Shown here: positions 38,124-40,482 of the stretch, in pieces
Numbering within the stretch: the stretch's first letter is position 1
How the letters are laid out: each line of letters starts with the position of its first letter
Source: Candidatus Thorarchaeota archaeon
GTDB taxonomy: Archaea > Asgardarchaeota > Thorarchaeia > Thorarchaeales > Thorarchaeaceae
Direction: 5' to 3'
Length of the DNA: 40,482 nucleotides
Assembly (NCBI GenBank): GCA_020348985.1
Contig: CP070761.1
Span: 3,018,214 to 3,058,695 of the forward strand
The notes under the pieces: generated by a model
Databases searched by the model: none
Told to the model about the DNA's origin: nothing
The model's input: the letters and a program-made list of their open reading frames with translations, nothing else
Program-made: the position numbers and the translations under genes

Positions 38124-40482
38124 AGATTGCTAGGAGAATAAGGAGGGAGAGAATCGTCAGGAGGACCTTGGAGATTTCTTTGGGCTTGCTCGTCATATCA
38201 TTCCTGGTATCGACTCCAGCTTCTGCCGTAAAGATTGGGGATAGTGATGCATTCAGCCATTCTGATTCACAAACAGAGTCAAGCTTCTCGACACGTTATG
38301 CAGAATCCTCAGGCTACTTCTCAGAGAATCTAGGTCAGATTCCCGACACAAGTATACGATATTACGCAAGAATGCTGGACGGATACATCGGCCTGGCAAC
38401 GGACAGGATTTCTGTCTGGACATCATCAATGATTCGCACAGATGTCCTGATCTTTGATGACTCTCAGCGTGATTCACCTCAGGCCGTTGAGATGGTGGGA
38501 CACTCGACTAATTACTTCTTGGGAGATAGAGGTACATTCACTGATGTCAAGAACTATCGGAAGGTTCTGTACTCTGAATTGTGGCCGGGTGTAGACCTCC
38601 TTCTAACCAGTCCGCAAACAGGAGTCGCCTGTGAACTCAGAATTGAAGACGGTATTGATTGCACTAGAATTGCTGATTCTCTCGACGAATCGAATTCAGC
38701 GATGAAGAGCTTAATCAAACATGCCGCTCTGACAATAGACCGATCAATCCAGTTTGATTTGGTAGACATAGTCTGCTCACAATATCGAGTTCAGCAGGAT
38801 TCAGGGTTACTCTTCTCAATGTTCCTCGGAGGGTCAGATCGAGATCAGGCAAAAGCTATCACTAGGGATGGAAGCGGTAACCTCTACATCACTGGACTGA
38901 CTTCGTCTCTTGATTTTCCTGTTCTTAATGAGTTAATGGCCCTCCAGGGGGACCAAGATGTCTTCGTCACCAAGATCAATCAGAGCGGCGGTCTAGTGTA
39001 TTCAACCTACATTGGAGGCAGCTCTGCCACTGTCGGCATAATTGCACGGGATGAAGGAGCCGACATCGCTGTCGATGTCGACGGGAACGCATACGTAACT
39101 GGGAACACCAGATCAGATGACTTCCCGACTGTGAATGCGTGGGACCCAGATCTCACTAGCGGCGAGTATGCCGATGATGAAGGGGACGCATTCCTGTTGA
39201 AATTGAATTCGACTGGGAATGGAATAATCTATTCAACATACTTCGGAGGAGGATCAGGGGATCAGGGGACTTCGGTTGTGGTGGACAATGTCGGAAACGC
39301 CTACATGTCTGGCTCCACGAGGTCAGATTCTTTCCCATTGATGAATCCGATTTATGACTCGAATGCCGGAATGCATGATGGGTTCATCATGTGTCTCTCC
39401 GCGGCGGGTGACAGTCTCCTGTTCAGCACATTTCTGGGCGGCACGGGAATGGACGCTGTGGACGATCTTGCTCTTGACTCATCTGGAAACTTGATTGCTA
39501 CTGGATACACCGGCGGAGGTCTTTCTATCATAGGTCAGCTATTCACCACTCATGCAGGAGGGAGTGATGCATTTGTAGTGAAGATTGACTCTTCTTGGCA
39601 GGTAGTTTACTCAACCTATCTCGGCGGAGATGGAAACGATCGAGGTGAATCAGTATGTGTTGACGACGTCGGGAACGTTTACGTCACCGGGTGGACAGAG
39701 TCAGCCAACTTCCCTATTGAGAACGAGGTTCACGAAACTGGTACGTACGATGGAGCAGCGGATTGCTTTGTAACAATAATCTCTGAGACTGGATCCTCAC
39801 TTCTCCTTAGTACCCTCTTTGGTGGTTCAGGATCAGATATTGGGACAAGCATTTCTGTAGATGTCAGAGGTAACGTATTCATTGCAGGCGAAACGGCGTC
39901 CACGGACTTCCCGACATCGTTTCCGACCGAATACGAACAGTACAGCGGGGGCACGGATGCTTTCATTCTGAAGATGAATCTCAATTACATTCTGTACTCT
40001 ACTTACGTAGGGGGATCCGACCGTGATGTTGCTGAGTCGATAGCTGTAGATTCCTATAACAACACGTACATTTGCGGATATACGAGATCAGCCGACTTCC
40101 CGGGTCCAGGACTGACAGATTATGTGGATGGGTTCGATGGATTCGTTTTCGGAATTCACTTGGTGGACAGTCCTATCCGACCTCCCACTGATCCGTCACC
40201 CAGACCAAGTATGGAGGACATGGTTCTGATTGTTGGTGCAACATCCTCTGTAGTAGTCATGGCAGTGGTTGTCCTCTTCATCAGGAAGCTCAACCAGGAT
40301 AGGACCCAGATGGCAATGGATGCAGCAATGGACCGAATTGCAGATCCGGACTGGAATTATCCCGGAGAAAGCCCTGATGGCGCTGAACCCATTGGTCCTG
40401 AACCAGACTGGAACTATCCCGGAGAAAGCCCTGATGGCGCTGAACCCATTGGTCCTGAACCGGACTGGAACTATCCTGGAGA
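38120..40482 (+). CDS. Second SBBP beta-propeller membrane protein, 3' truncated (absent from ORF track because there is no stop in the window)
   Basis: GTG at 38120 overlaps the upstream TGA; frame read open to the window end; signal, FSENLGQ/TNYFLG/YSELWPGVDL N-domain, about 7 SBBP repeats, Pro-rich linker, TM MVLIVGATSSVVVMAVVVLFI-RK, repeat tail. Confidence 0.88.
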   Translation, partial: MKIARRIRRERIVRRTLEISLGLLVISFLVSTPASAVKIGDSDAFSHSDSQTESSFSTRYAESSGYFSENLGQIPDTSIRYYARMLDGYIGLATDRISVWTSSMIRTDVLIFDDSQRDSPQAVEMVGHSTNYFLGDRGTFTDVKNYRKVLYSELWPGVDLLLTSPQTGVACELRIEDGIDCTRIADSLDESNSAMKSLIKHAALTIDRSIQFDLVDIVCSQYRVQQDSGLLFSMFLGGSDRDQAKAITRDGSGNLYITGLTSSLDFPVLNELMALQGDQDVFVTKINQSGGLVYSTYIGGSSATVGIIARDEGADIAVDVDGNAYVTGNTRSDDFPTVNAWDPDLTSGEYADDEGDAFLLKLNSTGNGIIYSTYFGGGSGDQGTSVVVDNVGNAYMSGSTRSDSFPLMNPIYDSNAGMHDGFIMCLSAAGDSLLFSTFLGGTGMDAVDDLALDSSGNLIATGYTGGGLSIIGQLFTTHAGGSDAFVVKIDSSWQVVYSTYLGGDGNDRGESVCVDDVGNVYVTGWTESANFPIENEVHETGTYDGAADCFVTIISETGSSLLLSTLFGGSGSDIGTSISVDVRGNVFIAGETASTDFPTSFPTEYEQYSGGTDAFILKMNLNYILYSTYVGGSDRDVAESIAVDSYNNTYICGYTRSADFPGPGLTDYVDGFDGFVFGIHLVDSPIRPPTDPSPRPSMEDMVLIVGATSSVVVMAVVVLFIRKLNQDRTQMAMDAAMDRIADPDWNYPGESPDGAEPIGPEPDWNYPGESPDGAEPIGPEPDWNYPG
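40346..40482 (+). repeat. 57-bp in-frame tandem repeat (PDWNYPGESPDGAEPIGPE), at least 2.4 copies
   Basis: Units start at 40346, 40403 and 40460 and differ only at synonymous third positions. Confidence 0.95.

Noticed and set aside
40346-40482. Possible CRISPR array at the window end
   Set aside because: Units are contiguous with no unique spacers, are in frame in a CDS with only synonymous variation, and no cas genes are present

Overview
A gene-dense archaeal chromosomal segment, most likely from an Asgard archaeon (Thorarchaeota-like). This is inferred from the archaeal-type MetRS, AOR, non-Pyl MttB, and the NosD/Ig-repeat and SBBP surface proteins. I found no rRNA, tRNA, CRISPR array, integrase or transposase. 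From left to right the window holds: the end of an aldo/keto reductase; a 2405-aa beta-helix surface protein with 12 Ig-like repeats; TPR and HAD proteins; an orphan BrxD/DUF2791-like ATPase; and an AT-richer patch with two intact MDR oxidoreductases among three gene fragments. Next come AlaX and a five-gene operon (SCP2, 2-hydroxyacid dehydrogenase, LsrK-like FGGY kinase, class II aldolase, tungsten AOR) facing a sensor-less His kinase and a fucose/arabinose isomerase. Assorted enzymes follow (AbgB, CbiX, MBL hydrolase, His phosphatase, UvsE, SDR, creatininase, MttB, CPBP, MetG), then a decayed HxlR-like regulator and two coupled SBBP beta-propeller membrane proteins. The second SBBP gene is missing from the ORF track and ends in a 57-bp/19-aa cytoplasmic tandem repeat running off the window. 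The best candidates for new biology are a putative ferredoxin-coupled phosphorylative sugar pathway that includes SCP2 and a Glu-to-Gln AOR, and the receptor-like SBBP pair with the repeat tail. All family assignments are from motif recognition by eye, not database searches.
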